Shown here piece after piece: positions 62,297-64,000 of a stretch of 64,000 nt of DNA. Each line of letters opens with the position of its first letter. The first letter of the stretch is position 1. Both the position numbers and the translations under genes were made by a program. The DNA is from Octopus sinensis (taxonomy: Eukaryota). The notes under the pieces were generated by a model that did no database searches, was not told the origin of the DNA, and saw only the letters and a list, made by a program, of their open reading frames with translations. The stretch covers positions 62,001 to 126,000 of the forward strand of contig NW_021833228.1 in assembly GCF_006345805.1 (NCBI RefSeq). Reading direction: 5' to 3'.

Positions 62297-62712
62297 ATCA
62301 TCATCATCATCATCATTTAGCATCCGTTTTCCATGCTAGCATGGGTTGGACGGTTCAACTGGGGTCTGTGAGGCCAGAAGGCTTCATCAGGCCCAGTCAG
62401 ATCTGGCAGTGTTTCTACGGCTGGATGCCCTTCCTAACTCCAACCACTCCGTGAGTGTAGTGGGTGCTTTTTACGTGCCACCCGCACAGGTGCCAGACAG
62501 AGCTGGCAAACGGCCACGAACGGATGGTGCTTTTACGTGCCACCGGCACGGGGGCCAGGCGAGGCTGGCAACGGACACGAATGGATGGTGCTTTTACATG
62601 CCACCAGCACGGGGGCCAGGCGAGGCTGGCAACGGACACGAACGGATGGTGTTTTTACGTGCCACCGGCACGGGGGCCAGGCGAGGCTGGCAACGAACAC
62701 CAACGGATGGGA
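62297..62712 (-). mobile_element. RTE 3'-end fragment with ~60-bp subrepeats
   Basis: (CAT)n tail at about 62297 and RTE terminal sequence. Confidence 0.85.
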
Positions 62713-62778
62713 CAATAGTTAGAGACTACTTGAATTTTGCACATACCATAACCTGTGCATCACTACCACATTCTTGCA

Positions 62779-63970
<1,192 letters not shown>

Positions 63971-64000
63971 CCATCCGTTGGTGTTCGTTGCCAGCCTCGC

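Overview
Eukaryotic, AT-rich, gene-free window made almost entirely of nested transposons and microsatellites. The repeat families (RTE LINEs with (GAT)n tails, tRNA-derived SINEs, TA/CA microsatellites) look molluscan, most likely octopus; this is an inference. No host gene, rRNA, tRNA gene or CRISPR array is supported. Contents: seven large RTE-clade LINE copies whose ORF carries a C4HC3 PHD-like finger after the RT, a CR1/L2-group LINE, BovB-like RTE fragments, Merlin (ISXO2-like) and mariner transposase relics, MITEs, Helitron-like repeats, and a Penelope-like element with a C-terminal GIY-YIG domain. Two structures stand out. (1) At 16071-18400, a 2.3-kb divergent tandem/inverted array of a ~558-bp non-coding monomer sits inside (TA)n. 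It carries four copies of a minimal type I hammerhead ribozyme motif (retrozyme-like), and three further hammerhead motifs lie in Penelope pseudo-LTRs elsewhere in the window. (2) At 42933-55110, a 12.2-kb head-to-tail stack of one ORF1-only element and two full-length L1/Tx1-clade LINEs is inserted at one point in the ORF1 of a related element. The empty site is present at 23199-23219, and every 3' junction is followed by AC(A/G)TGGAGGAAA, suggesting a self-regenerating target site. All alignments were done by eye, so boundaries are approximate.
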